Source of the DNA: Eledone cirrhosa
Lineage: Eukaryota
Direction of reading: 5' to 3'
DNA: 64,000 bases
NCBI GenBank assembly: GCA_964016885.1
Contig: OZ024743.1
Coordinates: forward strand, 112,282,001-112,346,000
The position numbers and the translations under genes are program-made. Positions 10,505-25,500 of the stretch are shown here, piece after piece; position 1 is the stretch's first letter; every line of letters starts with the position of its first letter. Under the pieces are notes generated by a model. The model worked only from the letters and a program-made list of their open reading frames with translations, was not told the DNA's origin and ran no database searches.

Positions 10505-13500
10505 ATAGAGAATGTGTAGTAGAGATAGAGAATGTGTATTAGAGATAGAGAATGTGTAGTAGAGATAGAGAATGTGTATTAGGGATAGAGAATGTGTAGT
10601 AGAGATAGAGAATGTGTAGTAGAGATAGAGAATGTGTAGTAGAGATAGAGAATGTGTAGTCGAGATAGAGAATGTGTAGTAGAGATAGAGAATGTGTAGT
10701 AGAGATAGAGAATGTGTAGTAGGGATAGAGAATGTGTAGCAGAAATAGAGAATGTGTAGTAGAGATAGAGAATGTGTAGTAGAGATAGAGAATGTGTAGT
10801 AGAGATAGAGAATGTGTAGTAGAGATAGAGAATGTGTAATAGAGATAGAGAATGTGTAGTAGAGATTGAGAATGTGTAGTAGGGATAGAGAATGTGTAGC
10901 AGAGATAGAGAATGTGTAGTAGATATAGAGAATGTGTAGTAGATATAGAGAATGTGTAGTAGAGATAGAGAATGTGTAGTAGAGATAGAGAATGTGTAGT
11001 AGGGATAGAGAATGTGTAGTAGGGATAGAGAATGTGTAGTAGAGATAGAGAATGTGTAGTAGAGATAGGGAATGTGTATTAGGGATAGAGAATGTGTGGT
11101 AGAGATAGAGAATGTGTAGTAGAGATAGATAATGTGTAGTAGGGATAGAGAATGTGTAGTAGAGATAGAGAATGTGTAGTAGAGTAAGAGAATGTGTAGT
11201 AGAGATAGAGAATGTGTAGTAGAGATAGAGAATGTGTAGTAGAGATAGAGAATGTGTAGTAGGGATAGAGAATGTGTAGTATGGATAGAGAATGTGTAGT
11301 GGAGATAGAGAATGTGTAGTAGTGATAGAGAATGTGTAGTAGGGATAGAGAATGTGTAGTAGGGATAGAGAATCTGTAGTAGAGATAGAGAATGTGTAGT
11401 AGAGATAGAGAATGTGGAGTAGAGATAGAGAATGTGTAGTAGAGATAGAGAATGTGTAGTTGAGATAGAGAATGTGTAGTAGAGATAGAGAATGTGTAGT
11501 AGGGATAGAGAATTTGTAGTGGAGATAGAGAATGTGTAGTAGAGGTAGAGTATGTGTAGTAGAGATAGAGAATGTGTAATAGAGATAGAGAATGTGTAGT
11601 AGGGATAGAGAATGTGTAGTAGGGATAGAGAATGTGTAGTAGAGATAGAGAATGTGTTGTAGAGATAGAGAATATGTAGTAGAGGTAGAGAATGTGTAGT
11701 TGATATAGAGAATGTGTAGTAGAGATAGAGAATGTGTAGTAGAGATAGAGAATGTGTAGTAGAGATAGAGAATGTGTGAGAAAGGGATAGAGAATGTGTA
11801 GTAGAGATAGAGAATGTGTAGTAGAATAGAGAATGTGTAGTAGAGATAGAGAATGTGTAGTAGAGATAGAGAATGTGTAGTAGAGATAGAGAATGTGTGG
11901 TAGAGATAGAGAATGTGTAGTAGAGATAGAGAATGTGTAGTAGAGATAGAGAATGTATGGTAGAGATAGAGAATGTGTAGTAGAGATAGAGAATGTGTAG
12001 TAGAGATAGAGAATGTGTAGTAGAGATAGAGAATGTGTAGTAGAGATAGAGAATGTGTAGTAGAGATAGAGAATGTGTAGTAGAGATAGAGAATGTGTAG
12101 TAGAGATAGAGAATGTGTAGTAGAGATAGAGAATGTGTAGTAGGGATAGAGAATGTGTAGAAGACATAGAGAATGTGGAGTAGAGATAGAGAATGTGTAG
12201 TAGGGATAGAGAATGTGTAGTAGATATAGAGAATGTGTAGTAGAGATAGAGAATGTGTAGTAGATATAGAGAATGTGTAGTAGGGATAGATAATGTGTAG
12301 TAGAGATAGAGAATGTGTAGTAGAGATAGAGAATGTGTAGTAGGGATAGAGAATGTGTAGTAGAGATAGAGAATGTGTAGTAGAGATAGAGAATGTGTAG
12401 TAGGGATAGAGAATGTGTAGTAGAGATAGAGAATGTGTAGTAGAGATAGAGAATGTGTAATAGAGGTAGAGAATGTGTAGTAGAGATAGAGAATGTGTAG
12501 TAGAGATAGAGAATGTGTAGTAGAGATAGAGAAGCTGTAGTTGATATAGAGAATGTGTAGTAGGGATAGAGAATGTGTAGCAGAGATAGAGAATGTGTAG
12601 TAGAGATAGAGAATGTGTAGTAGAGATAGAGAATGTGTAGTAGAGATAGAGAATGTGTAGTAGGGATAGAGAATGTGTAGTAGAGATAGAGAATGTGTAG
12701 TAGAGATAGAGAATGTGTAGTAGGGATAGAGAATGTGTAGTAGAGATAGAGAATGTGTAGTAGGGATAGAGAATGTGTAGTAGAGATAGAGAATGTGTAG
12801 TAGAGATAGAGAATGTGTAGTAGGGATAGAGAATGTGGAGTAGGGATAGAGAATGTGTAGTAGGGATAGAGAATGTGTAGTAGAGATAGATAATGTGGAG
12901 TAGAGGTAGAGAATGTGTAGTTGATATAGAGAATGTGTAGTAGAGATAGAGTATGTAGTAGAGGTAGAGAATGTGTAGTTGATATAGAGAATGTGTAGTA
13001 GAGATAGAGAATGTGTAGTAGAGTAAGAGAATGTGTAGTAGAGATAGAGAATGTGTAGTAGAGATAGAGAATGTGTAGTAGAGATAGAGAATGTGTAGTA
13101 GGGATAGAGAATGTGTAGTATGGATAGAGAATGTGTAGTAGAGATAGAGAATGTGTAGTAGTGATAGAGAATGTGTAGTAGGGATAGAGAATGTGTAGTA
13201 GGGATAGAGAATGTGTAGTAGAGATAGAGAATGTGTAGTAGAGATAGAGAATGTGGAGTAGAGATAGAGAATGTGTAGTAGATATAGAGAATGTGTAGTA
13301 GATATAGAGAATGTGTAGTAGAGATAGAGAATGTGTAGTAGAGATAGAGAATGTGTAGTAGGGATAGAGAATGTGTAGTAGGGATAGAGAATGTGTAGTA
13401 GAGATAGAGAATGTGTGGTAGAGATAGAGAATGTGTAGTAGAGATAGAGAATGTGTAGTAGGGATAGAGAATGTGTAGTAGGGATAGAGAATGTGTAGTA

Positions 13501-16500
13501 GAGATAGAGAATGTGTAGTAGAGATAGGGAATGTGTATTAGGGATAGAGAATGTGTAGTAGAGATAGAGAATGTGTAGTAGGGATAGAGAATGTGTAGTA
13601 GAGATAGAGAATGTGTAGTAGAGTAAGAGAATGTGTAGTAGAGATAGAGAATGTGTAGTAGAGATAGAGAATGTGTAGTAGAGATAGAGAATGTGTAGTA
13701 GGGATAGAGAATGTGTAGTATGGATAGAGAATGTGTAGTAGAGATAGAGAATGTGTAATAGAGATAGAGAATGTGTAGTAGGGATAGAGAATGTGTAGTA
13801 GGGATAGAGAATGTGTAGTAGAGATAGAGAATGTGTTGTAGAGATAGAGAATATGTAGTAGAGGTAGAGAATGTGTAGTTGATATAGAGAATGTGTAGTA
13901 GAGATAGAGAATGTGTAGTAGAGATAGAGAATGTGTAGTAGAGATAGAGAATGTGTGAGAAAGGGATAGAGAATGTGTAGTAGAGATAGAGAATGTGTAG
14001 TAGAATAGAGAATGTGTAGTAGAGATAGAGAATGTGTAGTAGGGATAGAGAATGTGTAGTAGAGATAGAGAATGTGTGGTAGAGATAGAGAATGTGTAGT
14101 AGAGATAGAGAATGTGTAGTAGAGATAGAGAATGTATGGTAGAGATAGAGAATGTGTAGTAGAGATAGAGAATGTGTAGTAGAGATAGAGAATGTGTAGT
14201 AGAGATAGAGAATGTGTAGTAGAGATAGAGAATGTGTAGTAGAGATAGAGAATGTGTAGTAGAGATAGAGAATGTGTAGTAGGGATAGAGAATGTGTAGA
14301 AGAGATAGAGAATGTGGAGTAGAGATAGAGAATGTGTAGTAGGGATAGAGAATGTGTAGTAGATATAGAGAATGTGTAGTAGAGATAGAGAATGTGTAGT
14401 AGATATAGAGAATGTGTAGTAGGGATAGAGAATGTGTAGTAGAGATAGAGAATGTGTAGTAGAGATAGAGAATGTGTAGTAGGGATAGAGAATGTGTAGT
14501 AGAGATAGAGAATGTGTAGTAGAGATGGAGAATGTGTAGTAGGGATAGAGAATGTGTAGTAGAGATAGAGAATGTGTAGTAGAGATAGAGAATGTGTAAT
14601 AGAGGTAGAGAATGTGTAGTAGAGATAGAGAATGTGTAGTAGAGATAGAGAATGTGTAGTAGAGATAGAGAAGCTGTAGTTGATATAGAGAATGTGTAGT
14701 AGGGATAGAGAATGTGTAGCAGAGATAGAGAATGTGTAGTAGAGATAGAGAATGTGTAGTAGAGATAGAGAATGTGTAGTAGAGATAGAGAATGTATAGT
14801 AGGGATAGAGAATGTGTAGTAGAGATAGAGAATGTGTAGTAGAGATAGAGAATGTGTAGTAGGGATAGAGAATGTGTAGTAGAGATAGAGAATGTGTAGT
14901 AGGGATAGAGAATGTGTAGTAGAGATAGAGAATGTGTAGTAGAGATAGAGAATGTGTAGTAGGGATAGAGAATGTGGAGTAGGGATAGAGAATGTGTAGT
15001 AGGGATAGAGAATGTGTAGTAGAGATAGATAATGTGGAGTAGAGATAGAGAATGTGTAGTTGATATAGAGAATGTGTAGTAGAGATAGAGTATGTAGTAG
15101 AGGTAGAGAATGTGTAGTTGATATAGAGAATGTGTAGTAGAGATAGAGAATGTGTAGTAGAGTAAGAGAATGTGTAGTAGAGATAGAGAATGTGTAGTAG
15201 AGATAGAGAATGTGTAGTAGAGATAGAGAATGTGTAGTAGGGATAGAGAATGTGTAGTATGGATAGAGAATGTGTAGTAGAGATAGAGAATGTGTAGTAG
15301 TGATAGAGAATGTGTAGTAGGGATAGAGAATGTGTAGTAGGGATAGAGAATGTGTAGTAGAGATAGAGAATGTGTAGTAGAGATAGAGAATGTGGAGTAG
15401 AGATAGAGAATGTGTAGTAGAGATAGAGAATGTGTAGTAGAGATAGAGAATGTGTAGTAGAGATAGAGTATGTAGTAGAGGTAGAGAATGTGTAGTAGAG
15501 ATAGAGAATGTGTAGTTGAGATAGAGAATGTGTAGTAGAGATAGAGAATGTGTAGTAGGGATAGAGAATTTGTAGTAGAGATAGAGAATGTGTAGTAGAG
15601 GTAGAGTATGTGTAGTAGAGATAGAGAATGTGTAATAGAGATAGAGAATGTGTAGTAGGGATAGAGAATGTGTAGTAGGGATAGAGAATGTGTAGTAGAG
15701 ATAGAGAATGTGTAATAGAGATAGAGAATGTGTAGTAGGGATAGAGAATGTGTAGTAGGGATAGAGAATGTGTAGTAGAGATAGAGAATGTGTTGTAGAG
15801 ATAGAGAATATGTAGTAGAGGTAGAGAATGGGTAGTTGATATAGAGAATGTGTAGTAGAGATAGAGAATGTGTAGTAGAGATAGAGAATGTGTAGTAGAG
15901 ATAGAGAATGTGTAGTAGAATAGAGAATGTGTAGTAGAGATAGAGAATGTGTAGTAGAATAGAGAATGTGTAGTAGAGATAGAGAATGTGTAGTAGAGAT
16001 AGAGAATGTGTAGTAGAGATAGAGAATGTGTGGTAGAGATAGAGAATGTGTAGTAGAGATAGAGAATGTGTAGTAGAGATAGAGAATGTGTAGTAGAGAT
16101 AGAGAATGTGTAGTAGAGATAGAGTATGTAGTAGAGGTAGAGAATGTGTAGTAGAGATAGAGAATGTGTAGTTGAGATAGAGAATGTGTAGTAGAGATAG
16201 AGAATGTGTAGTAGGGATAGAGAATTTGTAGTAGAGATAGAGAATGTGTAGTAGAGGTAGAGTATGTGTAGTAGAGATAGAGAATGTGTAATAGAGATAG
16301 AGAATGTGTAGTAGAGATAGAGAAGCTGTAGTTGATATAGAGAATGTGTAGTAGGGATAGAGAATGTGTAGCAGAGATAGAGAATGTGTAGTAGAGATAG
16401 AGAATGTGTAGTAGAGATAGAGAATGTGTAGTAGAGATAGAGAATGTATAGTAGGGATAGAGAATGTGTAGTAGAGATAGAGAATGTGTAGTAGAGATAG

Positions 16501-19500
16501 AGAATGTGTAGTAGAGATAGAGAATGTGTAGTAGGGATAGAGAATGTGTAGTAGGGATAGAGAATGTGTAGTAGAGATAGAGAATGTGTAGTAGAGATAG
16601 GGAATGTGTATTAGGGATAGAGAATGTGTGGTAGAGATAGAGAATGTGTAGTAGAGATAGATAATGTGTAGTAGGGATAGAGAATGTGTAGTAGAGATAG
16701 AGAATGTGTAGTAGAGTAAGAGAATGTGTAGTAGAGATAGAGAATGTGTAGTAGAGATAGAGAATGTGTAGTAGAGATAGAGAATGTGTAGTAGGGATAG
16801 AGAATGTGTAGTATGGATAGAGAATGTGTAGTGGAGATAGAGAATGTGTAGTAGTGATAGAGAATGTGTAGTAGGGATAGAGAATGTGTAGTAGGGATAG
16901 AGAATCTGTAGTAGAGATAGAGAATGTGTAGTAGAGATAGAGAATGTGGAGTAGAGATAGAGAATGTGTAGTAGAGATAGAGAATGTGTAGTTGAGATAG
17001 AGAATGTGTAGTAGAGATAGAGAATGTGTAGTAGGGATAGAGAATTTGTAGTGGAGATAGAGAATGTGTAGTAGAGGTAGAGTATGTGTAGTAGAGATAG
17101 AGAATGTGTAATAGAGATAGAGAATGTGTAGTAGGGATAGAGAATGTGTAGTAGGGATAGAGAATGTGTAGTAGAGATAGAGAATGTGTTGTAGAGATAG
17201 AGAATATGTAGTAGAGGTAGAGAATGTGTAGTTGATATAGAGAATGTGTAGTAGAGATAGAGAATGTGTAGTAGAGATAGAGAATGTGTAGTAGAGATAG
17301 AGAATGTGTGAGAAAGGGATAGAGAATGTGTAGTAGAGATAGAGAATGTGTAGTAGAATAGAGAATGTGTAGTAGAGATAGAGAATGTGTAGTAGAGATA
17401 GAGAATGTGTAGTAGAGATAGAGAATGTGTGGTAGAGATAGAGAATGTGTAGTAGAGATAGAGAATGTGTAGTAGAGATAGAGAATGTATGGTAGAGATA
17501 GAGAATGTGTAGTAGAGATAGAGAATGTGTAGTAGAGATAGAGAATGTGTAGTAGAGATAGAGAATGTGTAGTAGAGATAGAGAATGTGTAGTAGAGATA
17601 GAGAATGTGTAGTAGAGATAGAGAATGTGTAGTAGAGATAGAGAATGTGTAGTAGAGATAGAGAATGTGTAGTAGGGATAGAGAATGTGTAGAAGAGATA
17701 GAGAATGTGGAGTAGAGATAGAGAATGTGTAGTAGGGATAGAGAATGTGTAGTAGATATAGAGAATGTGTAGTAGAGATAGAGAATGTGTAGTAGATATA
17801 GAGAATGTGTAGTAGGGATAGATAATGTGTAGTAGAGATAGAGAATGTGTAGTAGAGATAGAGAATGTGTAGTAGGGATAGAGAATGTGTAGTAGAGATA
17901 GAGAATGTGTAGTAGAGATAGAGAATGTGTAGTAGGGATAGAGAATGTGTAGTAGAGATAGAGAATGTGTAGTAGAGATAGAGAATGTGTAATAGAGGTA
18001 GAGAATGTGTAGTAGAGATAGAGAATGTGTAGTAGAGATAGAGAATGTGTAGTAGAGATAGAGAAGCTGTAGTTTATATAGAGAATGTGTAGTAGGGTTA
18101 GAGAATGTGTAGCAGAGATAGAGAATGTGTAGTAGAGATAGAGAATGTGTAGTAGAGATAGAGAATGTGTAGTAGAGATAGAGAATGTGTAGTAGTGATA
18201 GAGAATGTGTAGTAGAGATAGAGAATGTGTAGTAGAGATAGAGAATGTGTAGTAGGGATAGAGAATGTGTAGTAGAGATAGAGAATGTGTAGTAGGGATA
18301 GAGAATGTGTAGTAGAGATAGAGAATGTGTAGTAGAGATAGAGAATGTGTAGTAGGGATAGAGAATGTGGAGTAGGGATAGAGAATGTGTAGTAGGGATA
18401 GAGAATGTGTAGTAGAGATAGATAATGTGGAGTAGAGGTAGAGAATGTGTAGTTGATATAGAGAATGTGTAGTAGAGATAGAGTATGTAGTAGAGGTAGA
18501 GAATGTGTAGTTGATATAGAGAATGTGTAGTAGAGATAGAGAATGTGTAGTAGAGTAAGAGAATGTGTAGTAGAGATAGAGAATGTGTAGTAGAGATAGA
18601 GAATGTGTAGTAGAGATAGAGAATGTGTAGTAGGGATAGAGAATGTGTAGTATGGATAGAGAATGTGTAGTAGAGATAGAGAATGTGTAGTAGTGATAGA
18701 GAATGTGTAGTAGGGATAGAGAATGTGTAGTAGGGATAGAGAATGTGTAGTAGAGATAGAGAATGTGTAGTAGAGATAGAGAATGTGGAGTAGAGATAGA
18801 GAATGTGTAGTAGATATAGAGAATGTGTAGTAGATATAGAGAATGTGTAGTAGAGATAGAGAATGTGTAGTAGAGATAGAGAATGTGTAGTAGGGATAGA
18901 GAATGTGTAGTAGGGATAGAGAATGTGTAGTAGAGATAGAGAATGTGTGGTAGAGATAGAGAATGTGTAGTAGAGATAGAGAATGTGTAGTAGGGATAGA
19001 GAATGTGTAGTAGGGATAGAGAATGTGTAGTAGAGATAGAGAATGTGTAGTAGAGATAGGGAATGTGTATTAGGGATAGAGAATGTGTGGTAGAGATAGA
19101 GAATGTGTAGTAGAGATAGAGAATGTGTAGTAGGGATAGAGAATGTGTAGTAGAGATAGAGAATGTGTAGTAGAGTAAGAGAATGTGTAGTAGAGATAGA
19201 GAATGTGTAGTAGAGATAGAGAATGTGTAGTATAGATAGAGAATGTGTAGTAGGGATAGAGAATGTGTAGTATGGATAGAGAATGTGTAGTAGAGATAGA
19301 GAATGTGTAATAGAGATAGAGAATGTGTAGTAGGGATAGAGAATGTGTAGTAGGGATAGAGAATGTGTAGTAGAGATAGAGAATGTGTTGTAGAGATAGA
19401 GAATATGTAGTAGAGGTAGAGAATGTGTAGTTGATATAGAGAATGTGTAGTAGAGATAGAGAATGTGTAGTAGAGATAGAGAATGTGTAGTAGAGATAGA

Positions 19501-22500
19501 GAATGTGTGAGAAAGGGATAGAGAATGTGTAGTAGAGATAGAGAATGTGTAGTAGAATAGAGAATGTGTAGTAGAGATAGAGAATGTGTAGTAGGGATAG
19601 AGAATGTGTAGTAGAGATAGAGAATGTGTGGTAGAGATAGAGAATGTGTAGTAGAGATAGAGAATGTGTAGTAGAGATAGAGAATGTATGGTAGAGATAG
19701 AGAATGTGTAGTAGAGATAGAGAATGTGTAGTAGAGATAGAGAATGTGTAGTAGAGATAGAGAATGTGTAGTAGAGATAGAGAATGTGTAGTAGAGATAG
19801 AGAATGTGTAGTAGAGATAGAGAATGTGTAGTAGGGATAGAGAATGTGTAGAAGAGATAGAGAATGTGGAGTAGAGATAGAGAATGTGTAGTAGGGATAG
19901 AGAATGTGTAGTAGATATAGAGAATGTGTAGTAGAGATAGAGAATGTGTAGTAGATATAGAGAATGTGTAGTAGGGATAGAGAATGTGTAGTAGAGATAG
20001 AGAATGTGTAGTAGAGATAGAGAATGTGTAGTAGGGATAGAGAATGTGTAGTAGAGATAGAGAATGTGTAGTAGAGATAGATAATGTGTAGTAGGGATAG
20101 AGAATGTGTAGTAGAGATAGAGAATGTGTAGTAGAGATAGAGAATGTGTAATAGAGGTAGAGAATGTGTAGTAGAGATAGAGAATGTGTAGTAGAGATAG
20201 AGAATGTGTAGTAGAGATAGAGAAGCTGTAGTTGATATAGAGAATGTGTAGTAGGGATAGAGAATGTGTAGCAGAGATAGAGAATGTGTAGTAGAGATAG
20301 AGAATGTGTAGTAGAGATAGAGAATGTGTAGTAGAGATAGAGAATGTATAGTAGGGATAGAGAATGTGTAGTAGAGATAGAGAATGTGTAGTAGAGATAG
20401 AGAATGTGTAGTAGGGATAGAGAATGTGTAGTAGAGATAGAGAATGTGTAGTAGGGATAGAGAATGTGTAGTAGAGATAGAGAATGTGTAGTAGAGATAG
20501 AGAATGTGTAGTAGGGATAGAGAATGTGGAGTAGGGATAGAGAATGTGTAGTAGGGATAGAGAATGTGTAGTAGAGATAGATAATGTGGAGTAGAGATAG
20601 AGAATGTGTAGTTGATATAGAGAATGTGTAGTAGAGATAGAGTATGTAGTAGAGGTAGAGAATGTGTAGTTGATATAGAGAATGTGTAGTAGAGATAGAG
20701 AATGTGTAGTAGAGTAAGAGAATGTGTAGTAGAGATAGAGAATGTGTAGTAGAGATAGAGAATGTGTAGTAGAGATAGAGAATGTGTAGTAGGGATAGAG
20801 AATGTGTAGTATGGATAGAGAATGTGTAGTAGAGATAGAGAATGTGTAGTGGAGATAGAGAATGTGTAGTAGTGATAGAGAATGTGTAGTAGGGATAGAG
20901 AATGTGTAGTAGGGATAGAGAATCTGTAGTAGAGATAGAGAATGTGTAGTAGAGATAGAGAATGTGGAGTAGAGATAGAGAATGTGTAGTAGAGATAGAG
21001 AATGTGTAGTTGAGATAGAGAATGTGTAGTAGAGATAGAGAATGTGTAGTAGGGATAGAGAATTTGTAGTGGAGATAGAGAATGTGTAGTAGAGGTAGAG
21101 TATGTGTAGTAGAGATAGAGAATGTGTAATAGAGATAGAGAATGTGTAGTAGGGATAGAGAATGTGTAGTAGGGATAGAGAATGTGTAGTAGAGATAGAG
21201 AATGTGTTGTAGAGATAGAGAATATGTAGTAGAGGTAGAGAATGTGTAGTTGATATAGAGAATGTGTAGTAGAGATAGAGAATGTGTAGTAGAGATAGAG
21301 AATGTGTAGTAGAGATAGAGAATGTGTGAGAAAGGGATAGAGAATGTGTAGTAGAGATAGAGAATGTGTAGTAGAATAGAGAATGTGTAGTAGAGATAGA
21401 GAATGTGTAGTAGAGATAGAGAATGTGTAGTAGAGATAGAGAATGTGTGGTAGAGATAGAGAATGTGTAGTAGAGATAGAGAATGTGTAGTAGAGATAGA
21501 GAATGTATGGTAGAGATAGAGAATGTGTAGTAGAGATAGAGAATGTGTAGTAGAGATAGAGAATGTGTAGTAGAGATAGAGAATGTGTAGTAGAGATAGA
21601 GAATGTGTAGTAGAGATAGAGAATGTGTAGTAGAGATAGAGAATGTGTAGTAGAGATAGAGAATGTGTAGTAGAGATAGAGAATGTGTAGTAGGGATAGA
21701 GAATGTGTAGAAGAGATAGAGAATGTGGAGTAGAGATAGAGAATGTGTAGTAGGGATAGAGAATGTGTAGTAGATATAGAGAATGTGTAGTAGAGATAGA
21801 GAATGTGTAGTAGATATAGAGAATGTGTAGTAGGGATAGATAATGTGTAGTAGAGATAGAGAATGTGTAGTAGAGATAGAGAATGTGTAGTAGGGATAGA
21901 GAATGTGTAGTAGAGATAGAGAATGTGTAGTAGAGATAGAGAATGTGTAGTAGGGATAGAGAATGTGTAGTAGAGATAGAGAATGTGTAGTAGAGATAGA
22001 GAATGTGTAATAGAGGTAGAGAATGTGTAGTAGAGATAGAGAATGTGTAGTAGAGATAGAGAATGTGTAGTAGAGATAGAGAAGCTGTAGTTTATATAGA
22101 GAATGTGTAGTAGGGATAGAGAATGTGTAGCAGAGATAGAGAATGTGTAGTAGAGATAGAGAATGTGTAGTAGAGATAGAGAATGTGTAGTAGAGATAGA
22201 GAATGTGTAGTAGTGATAGAGAATGTGTAGTAGAGATAGAGAATGTGTAGTAGAGATAGAGAATGTGTAGTAGGGATAGAGAATGTGTAGTAGAGATAGA
22301 GAATGTGTAGTAGGGATAGAGAATGTGTAGTAGAGATAGAGAATGTGTAGTAGAGATAGAGAATGTGTAGTAGGGATAGAGAATGTGGAGTAGGGATAGA
22401 GAATGTGTAGTAGGGATAGAGAATGTGTAGTAGAGATAGATAATGTGGAGTAGAGGTAGAGAATGTGTAGTTGATATAGAGAATGTGTAGTAGAGATAGA

Positions 22501-25500
22501 GTATGTAGTAGAGGTAGAGAATGTGTAGTTGATATAGAGAATGTGTAGTAGAGATAGAGAATGTGTAGTAGAGTAAGAGAATGTGTAGTAGAGATAGAGA
22601 ATGTGTAGTAGAGATAGAGAATGTGTAGTAGAGATAGAGAATGTGTAGTAGGGATAGAGAATGTGTAGTATGGATAGAGAATGTGTAGTAGAGATAGAGA
22701 ATGTGTAGTAGTGATAGAGAATGTGTAGTAGGGATAGAGAATGTGTAGTAGGGATAGAGAATGTGTAGTAGAGATAGAGAATGTGTAGTAGAGATAGAGA
22801 ATGTGGAGTAGAGATAGAGAATGTGTAGTAGATATAGAGAATGTGTAGTAGATATAGAGAATGTGTAGTAGAGATAGAGAATGTGTAGTAGAGATAGAGA
22901 ATGTGTAGTAGGGATAGAGAATGTGTAGTAGGGATAGAGAATGTGTAGTAGAGATAGAGAATGTGTGGTAGAGATAGAGAATGTGTAGTAGAGATAGAGA
23001 ATGTGTAGTAGGGATAGAGAATGTGTAGTAGGGATAGAGAATGTGTAGTAGAGATAGAGAATGTGTAGTAGAGATAGGGAATGTGTATTAGGGATAGAGA
23101 ATGTGTGGTAGAGATAGAGAATGTGTAGTAGAGATAGAGAATGTGTAGTAGGGATAGAGAATGTGTAGTAGAGATAGAGAATGTGTAGTAGAGTAAGAGA
23201 ATGTGTAGTAGAGATAGAGAATGTGTAGTAGAGATAGAGAATGTGTAGTATAGATAGAGAATGTGTAGTAGGGATAGAGAATGTGTAGTATGGATAGAGA
23301 ATGTGTAGTAGAGATAGAGAATGTGTAATAGAGATAGAGAATGTGTAGTAGGGATAGAGAATGTGTAGTAGGGATAGAGAATGTGTAGTAGAGATAGAGA
23401 ATGTGTTGTAGAGATAGAGAATATGTAGTAGAGGTAGAGAATGTGTAGTTGATATAGAGAATGTGTAGTAGAGATAGAGAATGTGTAGTAGAGATAGAGA
23501 ATGTGTAGTAGAGATAGAGAATGTGTGAGAAAGGGATAGAGAATGTGTAGTAGAGATAGAGAATGTGTAGTAGAATAGAGAATGTGTAGTAGAGATAGAG
23601 AATGTGTAGTAGGGATAGACAATGTGTAGTAGAGATAGAGAATGTGTGGTAGAGATAGAGAATGTGTAGTAGAGATAGAGAATGTGTAGTAGAGATAGAG
23701 AATGTATGGTAGAGATAGAGAATGTGTAGTAGAGATAGAGAATGTGTAGTAGAGATAGAGAATGTGTAGTAGAGATAGAGAATGTGTAGTAGAGATAGAG
23801 AATGTGTAGTAGAGATAGAGAATGTGTAGTAGAGATAGAGAATGTGTAGTAGGGATAGAGAATGTGTAGAAGAGATAGAGAATGTGGAGTAGAGATAGAG
23901 AATGTGTAGTAGGGATAGAGAATGTGTAGTAGATATAGAGAATGTGTAGTAGAGATAGAGAATGTGTAGTAGATATAGAGAATGTGTAGTAGGGATAGAG
24001 AATGTGTAGTAGAGATAGAGAATGTGTAGTAGAGATAGAGAATGTGTAGTAGGGATAGAGAATGTGTAGTAGAGATAGAGAATGTGTAGTAGAGATAGAG
24101 AATGTGTAGTAGGGATAGAGAATGTGTAGTAGAGATAGAGAATGTGTAGTAGAGATAGAGAATGTGTAATAGAGGTAGAGAATGTGTAGTAGAGATAGAG
24201 AATGTGTAGTAGAGATAGAGAATGTGTAGTAGAGATAGAGAAGCTGTAGTTGATATAGAGAATGTGTAGTAGGGATAGAGAATGTGTAGCAGAGATAGAG
24301 AATGTGTAGTAGAGATAGAGAATGTGTAGTAGAGATAGAGAATGTGTAGTAGAGATAGAGAATGTATAGTAGGGATAGAGAATGTGTAGTAGAGATAGAG
24401 AATGTGTAGTAGAGATAGAGAATGTGTAGTAGGGATAGAGAATGTGTAGTAGAGATAGAGAATGTGTAGTAGGGATAGAGAATGTGTAGTAGAGATAGAG
24501 AATGTGTAGTAGAGATAGAGAATGTGTAGTAGGGATAGAGAATGTGGAGTAGGGATAGAGAATGTGTAGTAGGGATAGAGAATGTGTAGTAGAGATAGAT
24601 AATGTGGAGTAGAGATAGAGAATGTGTAGTTGATATAGAGAATGTGTAGTAGAGATAGAGTATGTAGTAGAGGTAGAGAATGTGTAGTTGATATAGAGAA
24701 TGTGTAGTAGAGATAGAGAATGTGTAGTAGAGTAAGAGAATGTGTAGTAGAGATAGAGAATGTGTAGTAGAGATAGAGAATGTGTAGTAGAGATAGAGAA
24801 TGTGTAGTAGGGATAGAGAATGTGTAGTATGGATAGAGAATGTGTAGTAGAGATAGAGAATGTGTAGTAGTGATAGAGAATGTGTAGTAGGGATAGAGAA
24901 TGTGTAGTAGGGATAGAGAATGTGTAGTAGAGATAGAGAATGTGTAGTAGAGATAGAGAATGTGGAGTAGAGATAGAGAATGTGTAGTAGAGATAGAGAA
25001 TGTGTAGTAGAGATAGAGAATGTGTAGTAGAGATAGAGTATGTAGTAGAGGTAGAGAATGTGTAGTAGAGATAGAGAATGTGTAGTTGAGATAGAGAATG
25101 TGTAGTAGAGATAGAGAATGTGTAGTAGGGATAGAGAATTTGTAGTAGAGATAGAGAATGTGTAGTAGAGGTAGAGTATGTGTAGTAGAGATAGAGAATG
25201 TGTAATAGAGATAGAGAATGTGTAGTAGGGATAGAGAATGTGTAGTAGGGATAGAGAATGTGTAGTAGAGATAGAGAATGTGTTGTAGAGATAGAGAATA
25301 TGTAGTAGAGGTAGAGAATGTGTAGTTGATATAGAGAATGTGTAGTAGAGATAGAGAATGTGTAGTAGAGATAGAGAATGTGTAGTAGAGATAGAGAATG
25401 TGTGAGAAAGGGATAGAGAATGTGTAGTAGAGATAGAGAATGTGTAGTAGAATAGAGAATGTGTAGTAGAGATAGAGAATGTGTAGTAGAGATAGAGAAT

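Noticed and set aside
10579-23622. 4347-aa ORF (and the 362-aa ORF at 11079-12167)
   Set aside because: Translation of a G-free satellite strand that rarely forms stop codons. The 20-bp unit is not a multiple of 3, and indels shift the frame freely.
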